From positions 2,784,001 to 2,848,000 of the forward strand of contig OY761556.1 in assembly GCA_963664705.1 (NCBI GenBank): a stretch of 64,000 bases of DNA, read 5' to 3'. Numbering within the stretch: the first letter of the stretch is position 1; each line of letters begins with the position of its first letter. The notes under the pieces were generated by a model. The model was not told the origin of the DNA and made no database searches. It was given only the letters and a program-made list of their open reading frames with translations. This DNA comes from Acidobacteriota bacterium. Its GTDB lineage: Bacteria > Acidobacteriota > UBA6911. This document shows, piece by piece, positions 19,608-29,730 of this stretch. Made by a program: the position numbers and the translations under genes.

Positions 19608-20138
19608 ATGATGAAAACCATTTCCGCCCTGGCCCGGGAATCTGGATTGTCCCGCAGTACGCTTCTCTACTACGACAGACTGGGTTTACTGAAACCGCAT
19701 GGCAGAAGTCACGCCGGGTACCGGTTCTACTCGTCAACAGAGGTGGAACGGTTAGGCCAGATCTGCGCATTCCGGCAGATGGGCATCCCACTTAAGGAAA
19801 TGAAGAGACTGCTCGACAGGTCGGTCGGAAATGCATCCGCCCTGATTCTGAGGCGCAGGCTGCGGGTTCTTGATCGGGAAATCTCAAATTTGCGAAGACA
19901 GCAGCATTGCATCCTGGAGCTATTGAAACAAAAACAACTAAGACAAGGAGTTGAAATGATTACCAAAGAACGCTGGGTAGCGATCATGCGTGCTGCCGGA
20001 CTTAACGATGAAGATATGCATAACTGGCATATCCACTTTGAGAAGATGGAACCGGACGCACATCAGGAGTTTTTGGAATCGCTGGGAATCCAACCCCCTG
20101 AGATAAACAAAATTCGGGAATGGAGCCGAAATCAGTAA
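19608..20138 (+). CDS. MerR family transcriptional regulator with small C-terminal effector domain
   Basis: TISALARESGLSRSTLLYYDRLGLL...GYRFYS HTH, coiled coil, then a 60-aa C-terminal domain starting MITKERW. Confidence 0.92.
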   Translation: MMKTISALARESGLSRSTLLYYDRLGLLKPHGRSHAGYRFYSSTEVERLGQICAFRQMGIPLKEMKRLLDRSVGNASALILRRRLRVLDREISNLRRQQHCILELLKQKQLRQGVEMITKERWVAIMRAAGLNDEDMHNWHIHFEKMEPDAHQEFLESLGIQPPEINKIREWSRNQ

Positions 20139-20167
20139 TCACTGAACGGGCCAGCCCACACACAAAA

Positions 20168-20220
20168 ATCCAATTCCAGATTTCGGACTACCCATGGGAT
20201 CCGGAATCTGGAATTTGGAT
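20168..20220. repeat. Inverted heptamer-periodic repeat between convergent genes
   Basis: atccaattccagatttcgga / tccggaatctggaatttggat, about 20-bp stem built from TCCAGAT-like units. Confidence 0.7.
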
Positions 20221-20230
20221 CCAGGCATCC

Positions 20231-20938
20231 CTACTTTATAGGCGGAGGTATTTTACTCTTGGGCATAGGCTTCCCCTTCTGCGAGGAACCGTCGGAGTCA
20301 ATAAAGATGTATTTGTTCCTCATATCCGGCGGGACGAGGTCCCGCAAAGAAGTCTCTACGTCCTTGGGAGAATATTGCGCCTCGATAAAAATGAACGGGC
20401 GCGTCACCTTGGTAACCCTGAAAGGACAATGAATAAAATTGGCCGGAATATACACAAGAGAAGGCTTGTTGACGACATGCTTCTCCATTTCAGGCCCCAT
20501 GAAAACTTCGTATTCGGCACCCAGTTCCTGCGGGTGATCGGGATCGGTTCCGAGTGCGACCAGGACTTCCGGATCCCTGTGTTTATGCGGTCCATGCCCC
20601 GCGATTTTTGTGGCGGATTCCCCCATCAGCATGGCGGAAAAAAAGTGACAGCCCTCGATGATGTCGCCATCGCAGAAAACCATGAACATGTTTTTCATGG
20701 CGCCGTATCCAATTTCGTATTCTTCCGGCGTCAATTCCGAGGTGAAATACCGTCGATATTTTGCTTCGCCTGGTTTGGGAGACTGGGCCGCAGGCCTGGG
20801 GGCCGCGATCAATCCTTCATTGGCGTTCAGCACCGTTCGCAGCGCTCCGGCCATGGCAACTCCGGCACTTCCGGCTGCGATCTCTTTCACGAAACCCCTA
20901 CGGGTTGTCTTCGGTTGTGCGATTTTGATGAGACCCAT
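20231..20938 (-). CDS. Cupin-like protein with Tat-type signal peptide
   Basis: AGGAGA SD before ATG 20938. TTRRGFVK followed by an Ala/Gly-rich hydrophobic stretch. HGPHKH...E and YIP...IHCP cupin-like metal motifs. Confidence 0.72.
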   Translation of the reverse strand: MGLIKIAQPKTTRRGFVKEIAAGSAGVAMAGALRTVLNANEGLIAAPRPAAQSPKPGEAKYRRYFTSELTPEEYEIGYGAMKNMFMVFCDGDIIEGCHFFSAMLMGESATKIAGHGPHKHRDPEVLVALGTDPDHPQELGAEYEVFMGPEMEKHVVNKPSLVYIPANFIHCPFRVTKVTRPFIFIEAQYSPKDVETSLRDLVPPDMRNKYIFIDSDGSSQKGKPMPKSKIPPPIK

Positions 20939-21077
20939 GTATGTTCTCCTTGTGTGGATGGCTTTGGAAACATCATAATTCCTCGTCCTTCCGATGTCGA
21001 GATTTCTCACAGGGGGATCGCGGCTGCTTGCAGGCGCTGATGCCGCCGGGACGGCGGCGCTCCTGTGCAAGCCGCGA

Positions 21078-22487
21078 TCAGGCAAGACGCCGGTGCTCCC
21101 AGTGGGCGGGCGAAATATCGTCTCCCTCGGTATCTCGTCCAGCGAGCAACCGCTCGAGCCAGGGCAGCATTAGTCCCACTCGCCTAGCCCGGATCACGAG
21201 ATCCCACAACGGTTCGAATTTTTTCCATCCCGCGGTATAGGCAAGATGACGCAGCCGTTCCGACCAGGCGTCCTTGGTGCCGACCGATTGCAGAATGGAT
21301 TTCCAGCTGTAAAACTCCCGGTAGGCGCGCCAATAACCCGACTCGAGTTCTTCCCTGGTCAAGCCGGAGGGAAGATACACACAGTGTCGCGTATCGTACA
21401 GATCCCAATTCTGATGCAGAATGCGTCCCTGGGCGGCCATGCGTGCGTGCAGGCGCGTACCTGGATAGGGTGTAAGAATATGGAATGTTGCGGTTTCAAT
21501 ACCCAGCCGAAGCGCCCAGTCCACGGTGCGGGAAAACACTCCGGCATCATCATGATCCATCCCAAAAACAAAACTGGCATTGACCATGATATTCAGGTCA
21601 TGCAGCCGTCGAACGGCACTCGCGTAATCGCACTCGGCGCTGTGCGCTTTGTTCTGGGCTCTCAGATTGGCGGGATTGATCGTTTCAAAACCGATAAAGA
21701 GGCTCCGCAATCCGCAGGCCGCTGCTTTCTCAAGCAAACCCGGCTGCAATACTGCTTTCACCGTTGCGGCCGCCTGCCATAGCCGGCCCATTCCCCGCAT
21801 GCCATCAAAGAGGGCTCCGGCAAATCTGGCATCGGCAAACAGGTGATCATCCAGAAAATAGAGATGACGCCCGGGCAATTCCTCGATTTCCGAAAGCGCC
21901 GCATCCACGGATTGGGTATAAAAGGCACAGCCTTCCCGGAAAAAAGATTCTTTGTAGCAAAAATCGCATGCATGAGGACATCCCCGCGAAACGACAATTG
22001 AGTTCGGGACCAGGTACAGGGAACGCTTGATCAGATCTCTGCGGACCGGGGGTACACCCGCCAGCGTACGTATGCGTGACTGATAACAGCGCTGCGGCTG
22101 ACCGCAGCGAAATTCCTTCAGAAAAACGGGCCAGGTATCCTCGCCGGGTCCCAGGAAGATGGTATCGGCATGCCGCAACGCTTCTTCAGGCTGTGCCGTA
22201 ACGTGAATGCCTCCCAGAACAACATAGGATCCACGCTGCCGGTAATGATCTGCGATCCGATAGGCACGATAAGCCGAAGTGATATAGACCTGGATGACGA
22301 CGAGGTCTGGCGCATCATCGAATCCATCCTCTTCGACGTGTTCATCCGTGATCCGTATATCATCCTCCTGATCCAGATACCCGGCAAGCGTCGCCAGGCC
22401 GAGAGGCGGGAATAGCGAATACTTGATCGGACGATAGAAGGGGCTCTTTGCTTCTGTCAGCGCGGGCAGAATCATTTTTACTTTCAT
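21078..22487 (-). CDS. B12-binding-domain radical SAM protein
   Basis: PPLGLATLA and VVLGGIH (B12-binding domain), SRGCPHACDFC, FIGFET, LTPYPGT. Confidence 0.92.
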   Translation of the reverse strand: MKVKMILPALTEAKSPFYRPIKYSLFPPLGLATLAGYLDQEDDIRITDEHVEEDGFDDAPDLVVIQVYITSAYRAYRIADHYRQRGSYVVLGGIHVTAQPEEALRHADTIFLGPGEDTWPVFLKEFRCGQPQRCYQSRIRTLAGVPPVRRDLIKRSLYLVPNSIVVSRGCPHACDFCYKESFFREGCAFYTQSVDAALSEIEELPGRHLYFLDDHLFADARFAGALFDGMRGMGRLWQAAATVKAVLQPGLLEKAAACGLRSLFIGFETINPANLRAQNKAHSAECDYASAVRRLHDLNIMVNASFVFGMDHDDAGVFSRTVDWALRLGIETATFHILTPYPGTRLHARMAAQGRILHQNWDLYDTRHCVYLPSGLTREELESGYWRAYREFYSWKSILQSVGTKDAWSERLRHLAYTAGWKKFEPLWDLVIRARRVGLMLPWLERLLAGRDTEGDDISPAHWEHRRLA

Positions 22488-22494
22488 GCGCCAC

Positions 22495-22532
22495 AGAATA
22501 GCTCACATTACTTTATATTGTAAAGTACTTTA
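22495..22532 (-). promoter_or_regulatory. Sigma70-like promoter overlapped by a dyad, probably leaderless transcript
   Basis: Minus strand TTTACA-18 nt-TATTCT, 7 nt before ATG 22487, no SD. Dyad ACTTTA-N5-TAAAGT (22510-22526) covers the -35. Confidence 0.5.
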
Positions 22533-22544
22533 TTAATGCTGCAT

Positions 22545-22606
22545 AAAAAAACGGCTGAATAGGCCTCGAATAGTGATTAGCCCCATTCGAGGCTCGAATT
22601 CAGCCG
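22545..22606 (-). terminator. Probable terminator of the carboxylesterase gene
   Basis: Nested inverted repeats cggctgaat/attcagccg and gcctcgaat/attcgaggc, then a T7 run on the minus strand. Confidence 0.6.
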
Positions 22607-22630
22607 CTCCCGAACCGCTCATGCTGCAAA

Positions 22631-24307
22631 CTAGGTTGTGCCCAATGACCTCCTGGCTTCCCGGTCAGGATCGTTCTTCACCACGCATACATCATCGAGA
22701 ATCATGGTCTCACCGTTCGCAGCCGTGTATTTCGGCCATGCCAGCCAGCCCTTGCCATTGGGATCCCCTGTTTTCATGAACTGCAGCAGGTATCCAGCCA
22801 TCTTCGTCGCCAGGCGCCTGGGACGGGCTCCGCCTCCCGTATGAGTCAGCATCAGGTCGGTATTGTAGAACCAGAAGCAGATGTCCACGCAGTGGAAGGC
22901 GCGCATCCGCGCATCAAACAGCGGCGGTTGCCAGCCGAACCAACTGACAAACACGGGCGCTTTTTGTTTTGATTTTGCATCCGCCAGCGAAACCACCCCC
23001 TGACGGTTGCTGCTCACCAGAGCCCAAATCTCCACCGGTCTCATTTTGGGAAAAGCTTTCGCGTAGGCTTGAACGACATCCCTGGCCTTATCCCCGAATC
23101 CGGCGCCGAATCCAGCTCTTTCTTTGACCTTTTCCACCACTTCATCCAATGTGATCTTTTCGAGCGCAGAGTCGGTCCAGCTGGGCGATTGCTCATGGAA
23201 AGTCGAGCAGATAATCATCGGAACGCTGTCCGCCGTTGCGGCTGCAGCTGGTGAGTAGGGATGCTGCGGAAGATAGGTTCCATCCACGAACGGGCTGAAT
23301 CCGCGCCGCATGCCGCCTCCCGCTCCGGCCGGCTCTGCCGCCAGTTTCTGCTGCGCCTTGGTTGCCAGCGCGTAATAATCCTTCCACGGCATCTGCTGCA
23401 GCTTCTCTATCTCGGAGGGAGCCAGCCCGGCTTCCTTCATCACATACGAGCCCAGTTTCTCGGAGGATTCCTTATCCCCGGCCTGCGTGGTTGCGCCGCT
23501 GAGAACGACGGCTTTGTGGAATAGGCCTTTCGCGGAGGGCATTGCGGTAAGGATGCACACTTTGGCTCCACCGCCGGACTGCCCCATGATGGTGACATTT
23601 CCCGGATCGCCGCCGAAGTTGGCAATATTATCCCGTACCCATTCCAGCGCTGCTACGATGTCCAGCATCCCCACATTCCCGGACGCAGCGTATTTCGCCC
23701 CGCCGGCACCGGCAAGGTTGGTGAACCCAAGCGGTCCCAGGCGGTGATTGATTGAACAGAAAACGACATCACCAAAACGGGCAAGATTCTCGCCGTTATA
23801 TCCGTCCTGCTCAATCCCGTTGCCATTGGTAAAGCCGCCGCCATGGATCCAGAATAGAACCGGCCTTCTCTTTCCATCCTTGATCGCGGGCGTAAACACA
23901 TTGATGCGCAGACAATCTTCGCTCACATCGTCATAATTCCAGTGATCACGGAAGGAGCCGAGCTTATTGGCATACCGGTTTTCCATGTTTTGTGGAGCAG
24001 TGTTGCCCCACCAGAGCGCGGGAAAAATATCATTCCAGGGTTTGGGTTTCTGCGGAGGCATGAATCGATTTGCGCCGGAGGTATCCGCACCATAGGGCAT
24101 ACCCAGGAAATAATGGATATCACGCAGAATATATCCCTGCACCTTGCCATAGATCGTATCCGCGAGCGCAATGTTGTCACCAACCTGCAAAACCGGCCCG
24201 TCCGTGCTCTTGCCCGCCGCCCCGGCCGCTTCCGTCGCTCCTGACAGGGAGAGACCCGCTGCACCGGCTGCCATTATCTGAAAAAATGTTCGTCTGTTTG
24301 TAGTCAT
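22631..24307 (-). CDS. Type-B carboxylesterase with Tat signal
   Basis: NRRTFF Tat motif, SEDCL, WIHGGGF, FGGDPGNVTIMGQSGGG (nucleophile), AFHC. Confidence 0.93.
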   Translation of the reverse strand: MTTNRRTFFQIMAAGAAGLSLSGATEAAGAAGKSTDGPVLQVGDNIALADTIYGKVQGYILRDIHYFLGMPYGADTSGANRFMPPQKPKPWNDIFPALWWGNTAPQNMENRYANKLGSFRDHWNYDDVSEDCLRINVFTPAIKDGKRRPVLFWIHGGGFTNGNGIEQDGYNGENLARFGDVVFCSINHRLGPLGFTNLAGAGGAKYAASGNVGMLDIVAALEWVRDNIANFGGDPGNVTIMGQSGGGAKVCILTAMPSAKGLFHKAVVLSGATTQAGDKESSEKLGSYVMKEAGLAPSEIEKLQQMPWKDYYALATKAQQKLAAEPAGAGGGMRRGFSPFVDGTYLPQHPYSPAAAATADSVPMIICSTFHEQSPSWTDSALEKITLDEVVEKVKERAGFGAGFGDKARDVVQAYAKAFPKMRPVEIWALVSSNRQGVVSLADAKSKQKAPVFVSWFGWQPPLFDARMRAFHCVDICFWFYNTDLMLTHTGGGARPRRLATKMAGYLLQFMKTGDPNGKGWLAWPKYTAANGETMILDDVCVVKNDPDREARRSLGTT

Positions 24308-24397
24308 CTGTGTTCCCCCTTGGATCGCAAGCATCCGCCTGTATCGCTGCGTTTTCTCCGGCCCCGTACACTCAAGGCAGACAATTGCATCGAATCG

Positions 24398-27097
24398 CTA
24401 ATTGATGGTAAAAGACCCGTTCAGCCGTATATCCCTGGATGAGCTTCCAATCATCACCGAATAGCCTCCAGGATAAAGGCGCCAGGAATGGCCTTGGGAA
24501 TCCCATGCCGAAAGACTCTCCTTGTCGAGCTGCCATGTAACGACTTTGGCTTCCCCCGGCTTCAGCGTGATTTTTTCGAAACCCTTCAGTTGTCGGGGCG
24601 GTTCGTCTGCCACGGCCGGCATTCCGAGATACAGTTGGACGACCTCCGCCCCTTCCCTCTTCCCGGAATTGGTCACTTTCACTTTGACGGTGATCTGGTC
24701 TTTGCCCTTTGGTTCAACAGTCAAATCGCTATAGCGGAACGTTGTGTAGGAAAGGCCGAAACCGAAGGGGAAGAGCGGCTGCTGTTTCTTTGCATCGTAC
24801 CAGCGGTAGCCGACAAGGACCCCCTCCGAATAATTGACAGTCATACCATCACCTGGGTATTCGAGGAAGGTTGAGCCCGGCCCCTGGTATTCATCCGCGG
24901 GAAATGTCATGGCAAGTTTTCCCGATGGGTTGACATCTCCAAACAGCAGTCGGGCAATCGAACTGCCGGCTTCCTGCCCGGGATAAAACGCCTCGATTAC
25001 GCCGGCAACATTATCCAGCCAGGGCATGGCAACCGGGTTGGAATTGTGCAGAACCACAACGGTGCGCGGATTGGCTTTGGCTATTGCCTGAATAAGGCTG
25101 TCCTGGTTGCCAGGCAAAGGCAGCGTTATTTTGTCCTGTCCTTCCCCCATTTGCTCCGCCGCAAACACGATGGCCATATCCGCCTGTTTAGCCGTGGCGA
25201 CGGCCTTTTCGAGCATTGACGGATCGGGAGGCTGCCAGCCCAGTGCCAGACCGGGTCCTAGAATGCTGGAGGTATTCGAATACTTCAATTCCACGGTGAC
25301 CGGCCGGCCGGCGGTCAGATCCGCCGCCCCCTGGACTGTCTGGCCGAAATCCGCCCGCATCATGGTGGCAACCGGCTTATTATCCACATACAACTGAGCG
25401 GTTCCGACACCTGTCACTGAAAAGAGATAGGTACCGGTAGCCGGCGGGGTGAGTTTTCCAGTCCATCGCGCGGACCAGATGTTGCGGCGGGGCATCGACA
25501 TCCCGCCACCAGCCGGCGGCGGAGCCCCCGCCGCGGGAGGCGCTCCGGAAGCACTTCGTCCGCCCGGGGCCGGAAGCCCCAGCGCGGCAAAAAACTCGGA
25601 CGGGGGATTCGACACATCCTTAACGCCATCCTCCACTCGTGCAATCACCGGTACGCCGGTAGAATCGCCGCTATTGAAATACTGGGCCAGAAGCCCCTTC
25701 CCTTCGCCCGACGCAGGTTTCAAGACATCCTGCGCAATGATGGGAAGCGGCCCGATTCCAGCTGTTCCCTGCGCATAGGTAACCCTGACTCCCTGCCCGG
25801 CACGCTCTTTGATGGCATCCAGCGGAACTGCAACCTTGGTGGCATAGACGTGGCCGCTGCCATTCAACCCGATGGTCACGTTGGGTCCGGCATCATCGCC
25901 AATGACAGCAATGGTTTTCACCCGGGCGGGATCAATGGGCAATATGCCCTGATTATTTTTCAGGAGCACGGCTCCCTCTTCCGCAATTGTCCGCGAAAGT
26001 GCCTGGTGCTCCGGAGTGGAAACCTCCGCATCGGCTTTGCCCTGAGCCGGCGAATCATAGATGCCCAACCGGAAATAGGGAGTCAGATTGTAGTAAAGCA
26101 TCCGGTCGAGATCGCTGACGCGCAGTTTCCCTTCCTTGATGAACGTCCCGACATCTCCTCCGGACACGCGTGTAACGCCGGCCAGCGCAGCCGTAAGAGG
26201 ATCGCGCTGGGCAAATGCGGCATCCGGCGCGATAAATCCATCATAGCCCCAGACGCGCAGATAGCTGAGGAGGTCGGGGTTATTGCAGGCAAACTGTCCA
26301 TTTACCTGGTTGTAGGAACACATGATCCCGCCGGTCTTTGCGCGCTCGACCGATGCCTTGAACCCGGGCAGATAAATCTCGTGCAGCGCCTTCTCGGATA
26401 TCCTCGCATCGATACCGGCGTTGTCGGGGAGAATGCCGCAGCGCGTGTTTTCCTGATTGTTGCCGGCATAGTGCTTCAAAACCGTCAGCACCTTTTGTTC
26501 GTTGAGAGCTTTGATTTCGGCGACGGCAAATTCGGCGGTCAGGTAGGGATCCTCGCTAAGTGTCTCCCCGTTCCTGCCCCAATGCCAGGTCCTCATTATA
26601 TTGATCGTCGGACCCAACACTGAATTGGAGCCCTTCCCGATAAACTCCTCACCAAGAGCCTTGCCGTACCGGCCCGCCAGATCTCGATTCCAGGTGGCCG
26701 CTAAAGTCACCGCATTTGCCCACGCAGTGACATTTTTCCCCCGTGCCTGCGGAGTGGATCCCATCGTCGCAATGCCGTTCGGTCCGTCCGACCCCCCGCC
26801 GGAGTTCAAACCAAGACGCTTGTTCGTGCTCCTGCCCGTGATGCCTCCAAGCTCAGCCAGTTTCTCTTCCAGGCTCATGCTGGCAATGGCTTCAAGCGCC
26901 CGGCATCCGGGAGTCTGGTTTGGGTTCAACCACGGCCTCTCTTCAGGACCGGGATTGCAGGGGCCCGGCTGAATGCCAGGTATCTGGGCAACACGCATAG
27001 CAGTTTGGGAACTCGCCACCTGGCTCGACTGACCCAGCACCCACGGCAGCATTGCTATTATCAGAACACACGAAAACTTCACTCTTTGAACAGACAT
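24398..27097 (-). CDS. Secreted GH3 glycosidase with PA14 and Fn3-like domains
   Basis: DGPNG, GRNGE..SEDP, LKHY, MCSYN, FIAPD, YPGQE, YSEG..VGYRWYD, EVVQLY. Confidence 0.9.
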   Translation of the reverse strand: MSVQRVKFSCVLIIAMLPWVLGQSSQVASSQTAMRVAQIPGIQPGPCNPGPEERPWLNPNQTPGCRALEAIASMSLEEKLAELGGITGRSTNKRLGLNSGGGSDGPNGIATMGSTPQARGKNVTAWANAVTLAATWNRDLAGRYGKALGEEFIGKGSNSVLGPTINIMRTWHWGRNGETLSEDPYLTAEFAVAEIKALNEQKVLTVLKHYAGNNQENTRCGILPDNAGIDARISEKALHEIYLPGFKASVERAKTGGIMCSYNQVNGQFACNNPDLLSYLRVWGYDGFIAPDAAFAQRDPLTAALAGVTRVSGGDVGTFIKEGKLRVSDLDRMLYYNLTPYFRLGIYDSPAQGKADAEVSTPEHQALSRTIAEEGAVLLKNNQGILPIDPARVKTIAVIGDDAGPNVTIGLNGSGHVYATKVAVPLDAIKERAGQGVRVTYAQGTAGIGPLPIIAQDVLKPASGEGKGLLAQYFNSGDSTGVPVIARVEDGVKDVSNPPSEFFAALGLPAPGGRSASGAPPAAGAPPPAGGGMSMPRRNIWSARWTGKLTPPATGTYLFSVTGVGTAQLYVDNKPVATMMRADFGQTVQGAADLTAGRPVTVELKYSNTSSILGPGLALGWQPPDPSMLEKAVATAKQADMAIVFAAEQMGEGQDKITLPLPGNQDSLIQAIAKANPRTVVVLHNSNPVAMPWLDNVAGVIEAFYPGQEAGSSIARLLFGDVNPSGKLAMTFPADEYQGPGSTFLEYPGDGMTVNYSEGVLVGYRWYDAKKQQPLFPFGFGLSYTTFRYSDLTVEPKGKDQITVKVKVTNSGKREGAEVVQLYLGMPAVADEPPRQLKGFEKITLKPGEAKVVTWQLDKESLSAWDSQGHSWRLYPGGYSVMIGSSSRDIRLNGSFTIN

Positions 27098-27149
27098 AGC
27101 GCCTCCAGGAAAACGGCCTCCATTTTACACAATTGTATAATTCCTGGCT

Positions 27150-27278
<129 letters not shown>

Positions 27279-27288
<10 letters not shown>

Positions 27289-28478
27289 ATTTTAATTTTT
27301 CTCGAGGAAACAAAATTGGCGAGGGCAATGACGGCTCCACCCAAAAACACATACCGGTACCCGCCAACGCCCCCTTTTGTCCAGGCCAGGCCGCCAAGGA
27401 GCGGTAGAAAAATCGTAACGATGTGATCGAGGCTGGTACCGAGGGACAGGCTCGGAGAAATCTCATCCGGAGAAACTGCAATCTTTTTCATGTATGTGAT
27501 CCGGGCCATGCCAACCGAGTCGAGTGTGAAATCCGCAATATAGCAGAGGTAGATAAAAGCAATTGCGACCGATGGACGGAACAGGCTCTCGGCAAAAACA
27601 TACCCGAGGCAGGTAAAGAAAAAAAGGAATGCCTCCGCACTCAGAACAAACCGCTCCCCTACCTTGTCGATCAGATGCCCTACCCAGGGTTTTACAAAGA
27701 TGCCGATCACCGCAACGATAAAAAAAAGCAGCGTCATCGTGGCGACAGGTTGTTTGAATACCTCGACCAGCACCCAGGGGCCAAAAGTCAGGAAGATCTG
27801 CTTGCGCGCGCCATAGAGCATGCACAGCCAGTAATAGAGACGATATTCTTTTCGGAAAATATAGCGCCTTTGCGTTCGCAGCCTGTGAACGGGGCGGATA
27901 AAGGCCAGGAAAATTGCGGAAAGCAGAAAAGCTCCGGCCCCGAGACTGAAAGCCGTAAGGAAATTGATATGCAAAAACCGAAATAAAACCCACAAGGCGG
28001 CAGAACTAAACACAATGGCTACATTGCTGACAGAGCTGAGCTTCCCAAGTACTTTCCCGGTTTCGTCCGGGTTGGCAAAGCCCATCCCAATGCTGCCGCT
28101 CAACGGCATAAAGATATGCTGCCCCATGCTATAAATAAAAATGACCGGAATCACATAGGCATAGACGGGAGGCAGCATTCCCAGCGTGAACATTCCCACG
28201 GCAGCAATGATGTTTGCCAGAACCGAGATTCGAACGTCGCCCAGAAAAGAAAGAGCGCCGATAACAAGCACCACCAGCAATCCGGGCAATTCGCGCGGGA
28301 ATTCCAGCGCCGTCCGGTGCATGATCAGCATGCCAAAATGTTCTTTCAGGTAATTGGCAAGGGTTGAACTGTCGACACTCTGGGCAATTCCGAGAAAAAT
28401 GCCGGAAATAAGAAACATCAGGTAATCCCGCTCCATGCCCTTTACGATGCCCTGTATTTTTTTCATGAACATGCCCAC
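27279..28478 (-). CDS. MFS transporter of unknown substrate
   Basis: About 12 hydrophobic segments, REL.PG, GARKQIF.TF..WVLV, GHLIDKVGER motif-A-like loop. Start may be ATG 28472. Confidence 0.85.
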
Positions 28479-28622
28479 AGATGAATGGATCTATCTCAAG
28501 CCGCCGATATGGTGCGCGGCACTCTGGCCCGCGATTAAATCATTTATTCGCTGAATATAGTACGAATTTCGGCGTAAAATTGCAGGGTTGCCTATTGCTT
28601 TACCGGAGGATTCTTTCCCGTG

Positions 28623-28649
28623 TGAATCTTTTGTGTATGCTCAATCGTA
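28623..28649 (+). promoter_or_regulatory. Possible ECF (SigW-like) autoregulatory promoter
   Basis: TGAATC-17 nt-CGTA shortly before the ECF start, similar to the TGAAAC-N16-CGTA SigW consensus. Confidence 0.35.
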
Positions 28650-28666
28650 TTACACTCGGGTGGAAT

Positions 28667-29263
28667 ATGTACGGGTCAATTGATACGGCAATTGGAACAC
28701 TGATGACTTTCGAGAACGAAGCGACACGGCTGCGCAGCGGAGATACGGATGCCATTGCGCAACTGGTGGAGCAATACCAGCATCGGCTGTACCGCTATCT
28801 GCTGCGGCTAGTATCCAAACCCAGTACGGCAGAGGACTTATTTCAACAAACATGGCTGCGCGTAATGGAGCGAATACAGTATTATGATCCACGACGCAGC
28901 TTTGAGGGTTGGCTATTTGCCGTTGCGCATAATCTTGCCATCGATCATCTCCGGCGCAAGCAACCGGAAAGCCTGGATGAGCCGCTCCCTTCGGGAGAGA
29001 CGCAGGCAGATTTGACGCGAAGCGAAAAGCCGGGTGCGCTTGATCTGCTGATGACGAAGGAACGGGCGGAGGGCGTGGGAGAAGCGATTGCCGACCTGCC
29101 GGTTGCCTTTCGCGAGGTGATCACCCTGCGATTCGAAGAAGGAATGAAGTTGGAAGAAATAGCGGCCGTTCTTTCACTCCCGATGGGGACAGTGAAGACG
29201 CGCCTGCATCGTGCCCTGAAGGCATTGCGGTTGACTCTGGAAGAAAGACTGGAAATCGAGTAA
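28667..29263 (+). CDS. ECF RNA polymerase sigma factor
   Basis: AEDLFQQTWL and SFEGWLFAVAHNLAIDHLRR (region 2), LP..FREVI.LR and EIA.VL..P.GTVKTRLHRA (region 4). Start is 28667 or 28703. Confidence 0.93.
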   Translation: MYGSIDTAIGTLMTFENEATRLRSGDTDAIAQLVEQYQHRLYRYLLRLVSKPSTAEDLFQQTWLRVMERIQYYDPRRSFEGWLFAVAHNLAIDHLRRKQPESLDEPLPSGETQADLTRSEKPGALDLLMTKERAEGVGEAIADLPVAFREVITLRFEEGMKLEEIAAVLSLPMGTVKTRLHRALKALRLTLEERLEIE

Positions 29264-29268
29264 ACGCC

Positions 29269-29730
29269 ATGAAGGAACACCTCATCGTACGCGAATTACT
29301 GCCCCTTGCCTCTGCAGATATGCTGGAGACGGATCAGGAACATCTTGTTCAACAGCATCTGCTTCACTGCCCTGAATGCCGCGCGGAATATAGCCAATGG
29401 AATGGGATTGCCGGTGCACTCAAAGCGATTCCGATCCCGCAGGCCCCGCAAAGGCTTGTCATCCAGACCCGGCGTCTTCTATACAGCACGGTCTCCGCAA
29501 GGAAGCATCAGGCAAGCAAGGTTGGCCTGTCGTTACTGGTTATTTTCTCCTGGATGGTGGCATTCATGACTTTGGGATTTGTCCGAATGCTGGATGTTCC
29601 ACTCACCCGGTGGCTTGATGTATCCTCGACGACTCTGTGGGTCGTCTATATCGGGATCAGCTGGTTTGCCACGGCATTGGCGGCCGGGATACTTGGCAAG
29701 CGCTATCAGCAGGAGGGCAGAACCATATGA
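29269..29730 (+). CDS. Zinc-finger (ZAS) membrane anti-sigma factor
   Basis: HLLHCPEC (HxxxCxxC), two C-terminal TM helices, directly after the ECF gene. Confidence 0.85.
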   Translation: MKEHLIVRELLPLASADMLETDQEHLVQQHLLHCPECRAEYSQWNGIAGALKAIPIPQAPQRLVIQTRRLLYSTVSARKHQASKVGLSLLVIFSWMVAFMTLGFVRMLDVPLTRWLDVSSTTLWVVYIGISWFATALAAGILGKRYQQEGRTI

